From Marsupella aquatica (Eukaryota > Plantae > Marchantiophyta): DNA of 64,000 bases. The stretch is from positions 4,548,510 through 4,612,509 of the forward strand of contig OZ316892.1 of assembly GCA_973895155.1 (NCBI GenBank). Direction: 5' to 3'. Position numbers and translations under genes: made by a program. Under the pieces are notes generated by a model. It was not told the DNA's origin and did not search any database. It was given only the letters and a program-made list of their open reading frames with translations. This document shows, piece by piece, positions 52,511 through 64,000 of the stretch; within the stretch, counting starts at the first letter, position 1; each line of letters starts with the position of its first letter.

Positions 52511-53605
52511 GACCTTTCAGCTTTGAGAAAAGTAGGTGTACACGTACACTCCTTGTTCCAGAGAATTGAATGTTATGCTAGGAATTCAACCTGGTTTGCT
52601 TTGGCTTAATGAGCCAAACTGGTTTTTTCCATCCTTGATTATCAATTTAAGTACTGTTAAGTTTGATGTGCCGTATGTACGGTAGACAGGAGGTCGATAA
52701 TCCACTTGTCATGATGAGTCTCAAGTTGGCAGAGATCGGACTAGATTGGATTCGTGGGAGAAACCCTCCGCAACTATTGCACGTACTTGAAGATTATCAT
52801 GTGAAGACTATCATGGAGACAAGAGGGGACAACATTTGTTTTGTAGTCATTTTTTAATCCGCTTTCCTGACTTCCAATCCCAACCTCGAAATAATGATTC
52901 TATACATTTGGGAAATCAACTTGGTAAGACGCCCTGCAAAAATGAGACTGTCTAAACTAGGCGTTTGCAAAGGAGGAACCACGTACTTGCTTTGTTTATG
53001 GGATAATGTGTAGTAATGACAATTTGTTTGGGAACCTTCTCAGGAGCATTGTCAAAATAAGACCAAATATTATGGACTGTAAGTATTTTGTTATATTGCT
53101 AGGGATATATATCGCACTTAGTCCACCTATTGTGTGTGCCTACCTAAACCGGGACCTAAAAATGGTTGGGTGGTCTACTAGCCAATAACCATTTTCAAAT
53201 ATTTTACAGAACTCGTTTTTGTGTCTTTATTGAAGTAGGCCAGGAATGTGGTAAGGTGATGACTCAGCTGCCGAACTTAGCTAAGTGCAATTGTTTACCA
53301 AATTCTTGGATTTTAGCCCAAAGCTAATTGCAATGGTTTACCAATGCAAATTCATTTCACTTTTGGTGCTCTTTTTGCACTTACTTTTTGGGGCTCTTAA
53401 TTTCACGTGGCCAAAGCTACCACGTAACCCACGCCAGAAGCTACCCAAGTTTAGGTTGTCTAGCTTTGATGGTAAAAGTGGTATACTTGGTGGTCTAAAG
53501 TCGTCTCTTTTAGTAAGTAGCAATTGTTTATGAAGCATGGAAGATGTTAGGTATTTACTTTTAGGTCTAGGCTTACTTTGTAATTGTAATTACTCAAGCG
53601 TGCTT

Positions 53606-53630
53606 GGTTTAGGGTTTAGGGTTTAGGTTT
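53606..53630. repeat. Short plant telomere-like (TTTAGGG)n tract
   Basis: GGTTTAGGGTTTAGGGTTTAGGTTT. Confidence 0.7.
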
Positions 53631-54959
53631 ATTCCAAGAATATTCTAAATTTATAGGGGTTAAAAAATAAATTTTTTTCTTACATTTTAGGGGGTCCAAG
53701 GCCTAAAAACGTCACAGGTGATGGGGAGACATCCATATAGTGAGACCCCCGAGGTTCAGTAAAGCTCTCTTATGTATTCTTGTGCTGGACGTACAACCTC
53801 TGGTGAGCCTACTGGTGAGGTGAACCATGTATCTCCTGTGTCAACTACTAACGCATAGGTGGATGTTGTTCTAGCTTATGCATGCATGCTGTCTTATGAG
53901 TAATGGTAGTTTTACTCAACATAAGATAAAATATATAGCTAGTAAATCAATGTTTAAATTAACCTGCTATAGGAAACCTAGTTAGAGTTACACCCTCGAT
54001 CAACCCGGTTACACTTGGGTTATATCTGCCAATTACATTACACACAATGGTTCAAGCAAAGAGAGGTTTTCACCAGCAATGAGCTATACTCCTGGCTAGC
54101 TATATGAACTCTAAGCCGGGATCTAAGCCTGGGATATATACATGTATATAGTAGTGTTGGAGCATCTACCCATTCTCTCTAGAAGAGGCATTTTATATAC
54201 ACACAAGTTCAATCCTAGTTTGTTGCATAGAAAATCTTCGAAGTTGCGTAAAAATGTCATTGTACTAATAAAAGATATTGTGAAGTAAATAATTATGTGA
54301 TTCCTCAAAAAGTAAAATATGTTTTTGTGCAAAAGATATAGTTTACTTAAAGCTAGAGATCGTTCGATGAAAGATGTCAATGCCTAATACATGATGTTGA
54401 ATGTGCTAAAGATGTACTTGAGAAAAATATCATGGTGCAAAATATTTACTTTGTTACTAATATCTCATTGCATAAAAATTGTCATTGAGGAAAAGATGTC
54501 GTGAGGCAAAACAGAGGCTACAAGGACCATGCACCAAAGTGAGAATGATGGGTGGTATAGCATGGATGGTAGAAGGAGGAGCACATTCTATACATGGATA
54601 GTAAGGGGGAAGACTTTCTCATTTTTCTTCTTGCTTGGAAAAGGCTGTTCCACTCTTTCATTCATACCAAATATAATTATCGTATTAATTATTTCCTTCT
54701 ACTTTTTTAGTTTATTAATTATTATTTTCTTTCAAAAATCCCCACCAAATTTGAAAAGAAATAAAATGGACGCTGCTTTCTTATTAGTTTTTTACTAGCT
54801 CGATGCCTTTTACAGGAACTTCCATCAATAAACTTCCAGGAGCCACATGATTGAATTAAGAAAGGTCGAGATACGTATTTTCCATAAGTCAGTCAGAGTT
54901 GACATGGCCATCAAACTTAATTTGAAATTGAGTACGTGTGTAAAATATCCCGAAACTGT

Positions 54960-57803
54960 ATTTACACATTTTAAGAAGCAAACGAAAAATCCATATACAG
55001 AAGAAATTGAATAGCTTTGTCAACTGTAACTATGGTGCAAGTGTAAGGCCCATAGCGTATCGACTCACCGGAAAGTAAGCAATTGAACACCAGAATGCTG
55101 CTGATTCTATTATGATTCTGAGAAACCCAGAACAGAGTACATATGTGACGCTGGACTATCAATCCTTAGTCCTCTGCTCACCGCCCGTTGTCCCGCTGCT
55201 GTCATCTGGCTACAGCGAATTGAAACCAAGATTGAGAGCGCTATTTCTTATGTCAGGCTGACACTACTAACCGACACCCATGGTTTGATGAGCACCAAAC
55301 AGGTAACCTTCACAGTACTTAGCAATATACTCAATCATACGTGACCCTCCTCGATCTCAACGTTCGCCCGCATCCCAATCTTCCAGAAAGTCCCTCTCAC
55401 CATTCATGTAGTTACATTCTCCTGAGCAACATGGACATAACCTCTTATCAGTTAAAATGCCATTGAGCAACATGGACATAACCTCTTATCAGTTAAAATG
55501 CCATTGAGCAACATGGACATAACCTCTTATCAGTTAAAATGCCATTGTCACAGATTGCACCCAAGTGATCTCTTGGCAAACCGTCAATTTGGGGACAACA
55601 ATTCTCGATTTCCAGTACGCAAGGAACTCTGCCTTGTGTGCATACTAGACTCAAGGCATCCAGTACTTCTTGCTCTATCCTGGTGACCTCGTGATGGAGG
55701 CATACCGATTTTGGCCATTGCGATGGCAGCCAAATCATGCCATGACACAAATGAACTACGACCTTGTGGACAAATTCTAGGCATAAGAAGTATATCAAGT
55801 TGTTCAAGTCTTCCTCCCTACGCATCAACCATTCCAACTTCTTATACATAATTAACACAAGGCGATGAAATCCAAAAACTTCTACCCTCCTCAAGATGCA
55901 TATTCTCAGAACAGTTTGTCAATCCTCGTCCCTCAGCTACAATGTCAATTGCGATATTGTCAGGCAAGGCGTGCATAAATGTACTGAAGGCATCACGCAA
56001 TCCCGCACGCAATGGGATCTCTTTGCCTTGTCCCTACAATAGACAATCAATTACAATCAATGTGTTGAATTTCAGAATTGGCATCAAATCGGACATCACT
56101 TGGAAGCTTCTTTAAAGGCCTAGCTAAATCATGCAATCATGCACTAATCAGAAATATGGTCGATCATACCTGAAGTATGTTTTGTTTAATGAATGTCATA
56201 AGAGATGGACTTGTCGATTCGTCTGCTCTCTATGAAAGGCGGGGCCATACTGCAGTGCTAGTGCAGACTAAAATCAAGCTGTAGGTCGAATAAGTGTGGC
56301 GGCTGCCTCAATCAGCAACAATTAATAGATGCTCAGGGATGGACTCATATATGCAAGAGCTAAGTACGTACGTCACTGTTGGCCTTACCTTCGAGTGGAC
56401 TGGTGGGATCGAGAACAGAGTGGGATAGCTAGCTTTTTATATTGTAACATCAATAGATTGAGAGAATTTTTTAATTTTTCCTTCCCAGGCATAAATAAAA
56501 AAGTGGTAGAGATAACTTGAATAACTTTTTATTGATATTTTAAACTAATTTTATGAAGTTCATCAATATAATACCATTTTGGATTCTTACAAGGATTTGT
56601 ATACTTTTGAATTTTTGGATTCTCACAAGGATTTGTATACGTTTGAATTATAGGAGAGTTTCCCATTATCACTTCGTTTTAGATAGTCCAATAAATAAAA
56701 ACATTTATAATATTTTGAAAATTCCTTTTTACTCCAAATTTATCAGATAATAGTATTCCTTGATGAATTTTTATTAAATCATCTTTCTTTAAATTACTTT
56801 CTCTCATTCGTTCAGAAGAGTTCAAATCTTTTGGATATTGTGCAGAGAAGAGAAAGTGAAGGACGAGAGATAGAGGGAGAACTTCTTATTGTAAACTCCA
56901 ACAGATTGAGAGTAAAAGGTACTGACTAGTGATTCGCGCGAGGAATGAGTGAACAAGCAATGCATTTCATATATGTAGATCACTGGTCAATACATTGCTG
57001 CAACTAATTGAAGCAAATACGAACCAATGACAGGAAGGGCTAGCTAGCTTCTCAACACGGCGCTGAAACTAATTAATTGAAACAAAAGACTGAGGTACTC
57101 ATCACAGGAAGCTAGGTGTTGTGGCAGATACTTCAACATCTCGTGCTTGTTTCGCTTCCCTGAACTAGTTAGAGGTAGGTGATTTATGTAGCAATAAGTT
57201 TTTAAATTATTAATGATATTTAAGAGTAATGCAGGGATGCTTGCAGCTAGAGGCCTGACATCTAGTTTCTTGCGCCTCTTTCTTACCAGCTGTTCACCAG
57301 GTCACCTAAATTCGACTACTCAAAATAATGCTGCATGCCCTAATTAATTAGCCTTGTATTGTTGCTAGTCATTTTCCTTCCTGTCATTGGTTAGTATTTG
57401 CTTAAACTGCATGGTCCAGGGAAGGAGGTCAGGAACGGACGTACTTACTTTGTAGGTGCATTGATCAGTTCCTATCAGTTCCCTCTGGATCCCGCCGGCC
57501 TCCCCCCCGACGAGAGTATATAACTAGGGTCTCGGGGCCTTGTTCTTCATTCTCTCTCTCTAGCTCCCACTTCTCTCTCTTGGGGCAGCCACCCACCCAG
57601 AGTATCACATTGTTGGCCATCAACTCCTGGCTAGCTCTATAGATATTGTAATCAAGAGCTCTACTCTGAACCTCCTAGCTAGAACCGGTATGTGCAGGAG
57701 AGTTTCAAGAGGTGTGCACCAGCAAAAGCGTAAGTTTTGACAGAACTAATTGGAGGACCAACACCAAGTCGATTCGCCCGGTCCCCAAACTCTCTTCAAT
57801 TCA
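54960..57803. repeat. Segmental duplication copy A (paralogous to about 61040-63501)
   Basis: The two copies are colinear through the gene, upstream region and hairpin, up to CTCTTCAATTCAGG (57803 / 63501). Copy A has an extra AT-rich insert at about 56465-56830. Confidence 0.9.
55331..56199 (-). pseudogene. Disabled paralogue of the 61429-62200 orphan gene
   Basis: It has the same two-exon layout (ATG 56199, CAG|GTATGA, TGTAG|GGACAAGGC). There is a frameshift near 55860-55900, and a triplicated 41-bp unit (55423, 55464, 55505) breaks the C-terminus. Confidence 0.8.
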
Positions 57804-59379
57804 GGGGTCTCAAATACCCCCCTCATAAGGGGTCTCGCCTTACAGGCCCTGCATAAAGGGCCCCGTGGTACAGGAGTTAGGGCCCACCGGAAAAAAGTGT
57901 GTGGAAGTGTGGGAGGCAGGTCTGCACAATGGGGTCACGGCATTTGATAGTTGACAGTGGCAGGTTCACTTCCCAATACTTTTGTGTGTGTGGACTTACA
58001 CAGCGTCTTCCCAAGTAGGTGCCCCGGGGCCTTAAAAACATTGTCCTAATCAAAGCTGGGTGCCCGCTTTTTGGCCCCATGTCTGGACAACTTTCTATCA
58101 GGCATGCATCTGCCTGCTTTGTATTGCCTCCCCGATTGCCTCCAGGAGATATTTGAGACCCCATATTGGGTCCAAGCAGTCTAAGCACCGTGAGGGCAGC
58201 CCTCCCTGGTCCTAGGTAACTCAAACCCTTGGACTCGTTCCAACTTCCAGGTGAGCCGCAGCCTTGCCGTAATCCCTTGCCGCCCAATTTAGAGTTGAAA
58301 GACTCATGGGGGCCAAACTATCAGGACTTAATGTGGTCCAGGGTGGCAGGTCTGGAGAAGTACATTTGAGGGGACCACCTCAGTCTTCTCAAACATCCAT
58401 AAATTGTTGGAAAGTTTTACAAACCACACTACCACCCCATTTAAGGGGCATGGCATTGGCGAGTAAGGTGCCTCGTAAGCTTGGATGAGGTTACAAAAAG
58501 GGTTCAGTGGTGGACAGGCTAGCCACCTGTGCCCTCACCAATCCCAGTACTCTTGCCTAAATACCCTTACCAGTACCCAAATGCCTAGACAAAACTCCAC
58601 AAGCAAGCAACTCAGTGCCTTTATCATCGCTTGCGGCAACTCCCATACAAATCCACACTTGCTCCTTAGCACGATAGTCGCGCAATGTCAGTCCCTTCTA
58701 TCTGCACAAGCAACCAAAGCTCGGAGGGGTCACTTCCATGGAAGTGGCATATCACATGCGACAAAGTATAAGGCCATTTAAATGATTTTGGCGGAAGACT
58801 TATTAGGTCTTCAATGGAAACATAGGGTTGTTTAATTGCAAAATGCATATGTTTCATCACATGCTTGGTGTAGTACAACTTTATAGAAATTGACTTAGGG
58901 GGGTCTAAAACGACCCAAACCATCGCATGTGATGTTTGACCTTCATATAGTGACCCCCCTAGAACCAAAGACAACGGTAAGTAACGTATATCATGATCTG
59001 ACTAGGATCCCCAAGACCATTGTCTTGCCTCAAGCTCAACACGACTTCATTAGTAAGTAGGTTAGTGTTCAAATAGAACCTCTCGAGCCCTCATGGCATT
59101 GCCATAAGCTGACGCTAAGGTCAACACCCATTGTTCGTCCAGAACAACCCCGATACTGGGTGCCGCCCAAACTTCTCCACTTTTTATTTGTCACTAGCTG
59201 ACTACCCTACCTCCAGTACATGCCTATGGCCCAAATAGCTAGCTTGTCCCAAATGCTAGGACCTATTCGGTCCCGACGCTAGCCATCACAGAGGAGCTCC
59301 GCGTTGGAGTTAGCAATGCCGAAGCTAAGTGGTAGGGTAGTCGAGTTTTGCAACTGGTTCCAAGGTCTATCTAAAAGTG

Positions 59380-60080
59380 AGCTGAGCCATGCCATGGCCC
59401 CAAGGGGTCTTGGCATTGGGGCGACCAAAGCTGAGTAAGTGACCAGGCTTGGGGGTCTCACTATATGTGGACCTCCCCATCACCTTCGACATTGTTAGGC
59501 CTCAGACCCCCTAAAATATAAGAATTTTAAAATATTTTTTAAACCCTATAAAGTTGGAATATTCCAAAAATTGGATTAAAAAGACCCTAATATTCTTATA
59601 AGTCTCAAAATTGAATTTAAAAGACCCTATTGTTCTTCTACAAAAATTCTTAAGTCTTCCCTTACAACCAATAAAATGACCATATCCTTCGTCGTACGTG
59701 ACATATATGCCATTTTTGTGGAAGTGAAACCCCCGAGTGACCGGGGGCGACTTTAAGTAAACTAAGCTTAAAGTAACAAAAATTGGGGTTACTTACCAAT
59801 GAATGGAGTTTGAGGATGGAAGGGGTTGCAACAAAGGGCCATTGGACAGTCAGCCAAGCTGTGCCATTGCCCAAAGGGTCTTAGCATTGGGACGGCCAAA
59901 GCCAAGTAAGCAACTACAACAACTTTAAGTTAAATGCTTAAAGTAACCAAAAAATTGGGGTTGTGAAATCAATGGGATTTGGGATGTAAGGGGTGACAAA
60001 AATTGTCCCTTGAAAAGGCAGGCAAGCCATTCCCTTGCCCCAAGGAGTCTTGCCATTGGGGCGGCCAAAGCCAAGTAAGC
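59380..60080. repeat. Degenerate dispersed-repeat region with internal direct repeats; 59451-59564 is an inverted homologue of 53638-53750
   Basis: CCAAG..GTCTT.GCATTGGG.CG.CCAAAGC occurs at about 59400, 59871 and 60040. GGGGGTCTCACTATATG (59451) is the reverse complement of CATATAGTGAGACCCCC (53734-53750). Confidence 0.65.
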
Positions 60081-61039
60081 TTCACAACATCTTAGGTGAC
60101 ATGACATTTTTCTCCTTCATGACATCTTTTATCTTCACAACAATCATACATTACATATTTTTTCTTCACAACATCCTGGATAACACTTGAGACATCTTCT
60201 TGACATCTTTTCTATCTTCTTGACATCTTTTCTTTCCATGACATTTTTGTGCAAAGCATGAGTCAGTGGTGAGCTATATATATAATGCATCTGCCCATTC
60301 TGAATAGAGGCAGTTATATACCCATTTGGGCTAGGGTTTACAATTTTATACGACCTTGGCTCCACCAGAACCTGACCCAAGGCTGCCTTCCTCTTCGTTG
60401 CTCGGTCGGGTGGATGCTCTTTCTCGCAACACCGATTTGGGTGTCCTTTTGTGGCCCCCACAACTTGGAGTATATGGACTGCTGAGCAACTGAAGACCGC
60501 CTCCTTGAAACCGAGCACTTGCCCCTACCGGTAGCTAATTAGCAGCTTGTTAAGTTTGGCCTTTCTATGGGTCCACAAAAATTCCGTCTGGATTTGTTCT
60601 CCTCCGATCCTTCATTGTGGCTGGTGGATTGCTCTCTCTAGCTAGTCTTTTACAAGGACTTCATTGTTCTCTTGCTGTAACTCTCGTCCTCTTTATGTGT
60701 GGAATGACGAGGGACAAACAAAGAAGAGGCCAAGAGAGGGGAACCTGCCCTGCATTGCACTCCTCCGGCTCCGGTGTGGACCCTAACCAAGTGGCGGAGA
60801 TAGATGACTCTCAAGATGAGGATCTTAACCTGTCAACGTTTGGTTAACTAAATTTTGAGGACGACGATTGAATTCAATGTTTTGACATATTACAGTTAAA
60901 TAGTAGGAAAATGCGCTTTGCGGCGCAAACCTGCAATGCGCAAAGTCGTCAGGTGGACCTCAGTCATAATTGACACGGCCTTCAAACTTTGGAATCGAGT
61001 ACGTGTGCAGAATAGCGCGAAACTGTATCCATATTGTAA

Positions 61040-63501
61040 GAATTGAGAAAATGAAAATGAAAAATAGAATCTATACATATATCCAGAAGAAATTGAGTAG
61101 CTTGTCGACCGTATGGTGCAAATGTAAGGCTCATAGCCTATCACATCCACAAACCACACACGAGAATAAAACTCCGGTACGTAAGCAAGTAAACATTAGA
61201 ATGCTAGCTCATTCTATTATGATCCTGGCCTGAAAAAGCCAGCACAGAGTACATATGTGACGCTAGACCTCAGTCCTGTGGTCACCGTCAATTGTCCCGC
61301 TGCTGCCATCTGGCTACAGCAAATTCAAACCGAGAGCGCTAGTTTCCATATAAGGCTGACACTACTAACCGGCACCCATGTTTTCACGAGCACCTAACAG
61401 GGAACCTTCACAGTCCTAAGCAATATACTCAATCATACCGACCTTCCTCGTTCTCAATGCTCGCATCCCACTTTTCCACATAGCCCCTCTCACCATTCAT
61501 ATAGTTATATTCTTCTGAGCAACATGGACATAACCTCTTATCAGTTAAGATCCAATTGTCACAGATTGCACCCAAGTGATCTCTTGGCAAACGGTCAATT
61601 TGGGGACAGCAATTCTCGACTTCCAGTATGCAAGGAGCTCTTCCTTGTGTGCATACTTGATTCAAGGCATCCAGTACTTCTTGCTCTGTCCTGGTGACTT
61701 CGTGAGGGCGGAATGCGAATTTTGTCCACATATATTCCGATGGCACCCGAATCATGCCATGACACAAATGAACTACGACCTTGTGGACAAATCCTAGGCG
61801 TAAGTAGTATATCAGGTTGTTCAAGCCTCCCTCCCTACGCATCAACCATTCCAACTTCGTATACATAACACAAGGCGTTGTCATCCGAAAGCTTCTACCG
61901 TCCTCAGGATGCATATTCTCAGAATAGTTTATCCATCCACCTCCCTCAGCTACAATGTCACTTGCGATATCGTCAGTCAAGGCGCGCATAAATGTACTGA
62001 AGGCGTCACGCAATGGAATCTCATTGCCTTGTCCCTACAAAAGACAATCAAATCCATACAGCTAGTCAACGTGTTGGATTTCGGAAATGGCATCAAAACT
62101 TAAATCACTTGGAAGCTTTTAAAAAAGCCTAGATAAATCGTGCACTAATCAGAATTATATATGCTCATACTTGAAGTATGTTTTGTCTGATGAATGCCAT
62201 AAGAGATGGACTTATGGATTCGTCTGCTCTCTATGTAAGGCCCGGAAGTACTGTAGTGCTAGCGCAGACTAAAATTAAGCTGTAGTCCCAATAAGTGTGA
62301 GGCTGCCTCGATCAATCAGCATGCAACCATAATAGATGCTCAGCGATCGACTAGCTATTGCAAGAGCTAATTCACTGCCGACCCTGACTACGGGTGCATA
62401 GACTGGTGGGATCGAGAAGTGAAAGTGAGGGACGAGAGAGAGGGATAGCTTCTTATATTCTAACTTCAACCGATTGAGAGTAAAAGTACTGACGAATGAC
62501 TGATGGGACAAGCAATGCAGAGAAGAGAAAGTGAAAGTGAAAGTGGAGGACGAGAGATAGACGGATAGCTTATTACTCTAAACTCCAATAGCTTCAGAGT
62601 AAAACTGACGAATGACTCGAGGAATGAGTGAACAAGGAATGCATTTCATATATGTCGCTCGTCAATACAATTCTGCAACTAATTGAAGCAAATACTAATC
62701 ACTGACAGGAAGGACATGTAGCTAATTTCTCAACACGGCGTTGCAACCAATTAATTGAAACACAAGACTGACTGATCGATGACCAATCGAATGCTAGCTG
62801 TACGTACGTATTGTGATCGATGGATCAACATCTTGTGCTTGTTTCCCTTCCCTGAAGTAGTTAGAGCTAGGTGATTTACTTAGCAATAAGATATTAAAAT
62901 AAATTTAAGAGTAATGCAGGGATGCTTGCAGCGAGACGCTGGAGATCTGGTTTCTTGCGCTCACGAGCAAGCCTCTATCTTGCCAGCTGTTCACCGGGTC
63001 ACTTTCAATCGACTACTCAAATGCTGCCCTAATTAACTAGCGGGGTATGGTTGCTAGTCATTTCCTTCCTGTCATTGGTTAGTATATGCTTCAACTACCT
63101 GGTCCGTGGAAGGATGTCAGGAACGTACCTATGTTTTAAGTCATTGATCAGTTCCGATCAGCCACTGTGGATCCCCCCCACCCCGAAAACAGAGCATATA
63201 ACGAGGGCCTCGGGGCCTTATTCGTCATTCTCTCTCTTTCTAGATCCCACTTCTCTCTCTTGGCGACAGCCCACTCACCTAGAGTATCACGTTGTTGCGC
63301 ATCAACTTCTACCTATCAAGAGGTCTACTGTAAACGGGCGATGTAGTTCGTGCTTACCTCCTAGCTAGAATTAACCGATATATGCAGGAGAGGTTGGAGA
63401 GGAGTGCACAAGCAAAAGTGTAAGTTCTGACAGGATTAATTGGCCGGCGGACGACCAGCACCAATTTGGTTCGCCTCCAATTAAAGTCTCTTCAATTCAG
63501 G
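61040..63501. repeat. Segmental duplication copy B
   Basis: Colinear with 54960-57803. Confidence 0.9.
61429..62200 (-). CDS. Orphan Cys/His-rich protein, about 211 aa, two exons (62200-62171, 62034-61429)
   Basis: ATG GCA TTC ATC AGA CAA AAC ATA CTT CAA|GTATGA ... TTTTGTAG|GGA CAA GGC joins in frame to ORF 61429..62013. The start codon and splice sites are conserved in the paralogue at 55331-56199. Further upstream exons are possible. Confidence 0.6.
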
Positions 63502-64000
63502 TGCAGTATCTAAGTTTACATGGTGATAAATATCTTCAAGTCTTTTCTATGACCTCTACGTACGCCTTTGTTCTCTTTTGTTTTCTATTCTAAAACACTC
63601 GAACTGCTTTCATTAGTAAGAGGCTAGCAACCCGGTTTGTTATTAATTCCCTTATCTTTCATTCTGGCCAATGCAAAGCTTGGACAGTTTCCGGTAGCAA
63701 CGCCAGGAATTTTGTTGTTTTTATTGCAGTGGTGCACTTAGTAGTTTCCTTTACATATACATAAACGTTTCTACTTCCTCTACTTTAGCAACAAAAGTAT
63801 TCTCCATGTAGTTTGGCATGCATTGCAACTATCATTCCTGCTTTAATTAAGGGCAACTAAATGAGACTGATTTGCAGCTAGGTACGTATGACATTTGAAA
63901 TATGTCTAATATAATGACATTATATCAATCTCTCCAATCTGATTTAATGTGGTCATATTTTTCCATAGGTTTGCCGATTCAAAGACATTCTTCAATTCAC

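Noticed and set aside
57028-57050. TGACAGGAAG resembling the start of miR156
   Set aside because: Identity to UGACAGAAGAGAGUGAGCAC stops after about 6 nt.
57804-58780. GC-richer block with several 60-136-aa ORFs at the edge of duplication copy A
   Set aside because: It is probably a TE relic, but I could not recognise any RT, integrase or transposase motif.

Overview
This is eukaryotic, intron-rich land-plant nuclear DNA. It looks bryophyte-like (long GA-rich 5' leaders, short introns), but the species cannot be determined from the sequence. From left to right it contains: (1) the 5' part of a spliced minus-strand gene with a C2H2-like motif and acidic repeats, inside a probable Mutator-like end at about 4212; (2) repeat-rich intergenic DNA with a 525-bp foldback; (3) a 29-exon plus-strand gene (13054-30062, hand-assembled, about 3,680 aa) built from tandem ASH/PapD-like Ig domains, with two GC-AG introns; (4) a complete 14-exon xanthine dehydrogenase (35431-43633); (5) an intronless plastid NAD(P)-binding Rossmann gene (At2g34460-like); (6) a decayed Copia element; (7) a divergent gene with two tandem TALE-type homeodomains, preceded by a TGAC-bearing repeat array; (8) a locally duplicated orphan Cys/His-rich gene (one intact copy, one pseudogene, one flank remnant), where both full copies carry an upstream hairpin. 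The giant Ig-repeat protein and the double-TALE homeobox locus are the most novel-looking items. All gene models were read by eye and no database searches were run.
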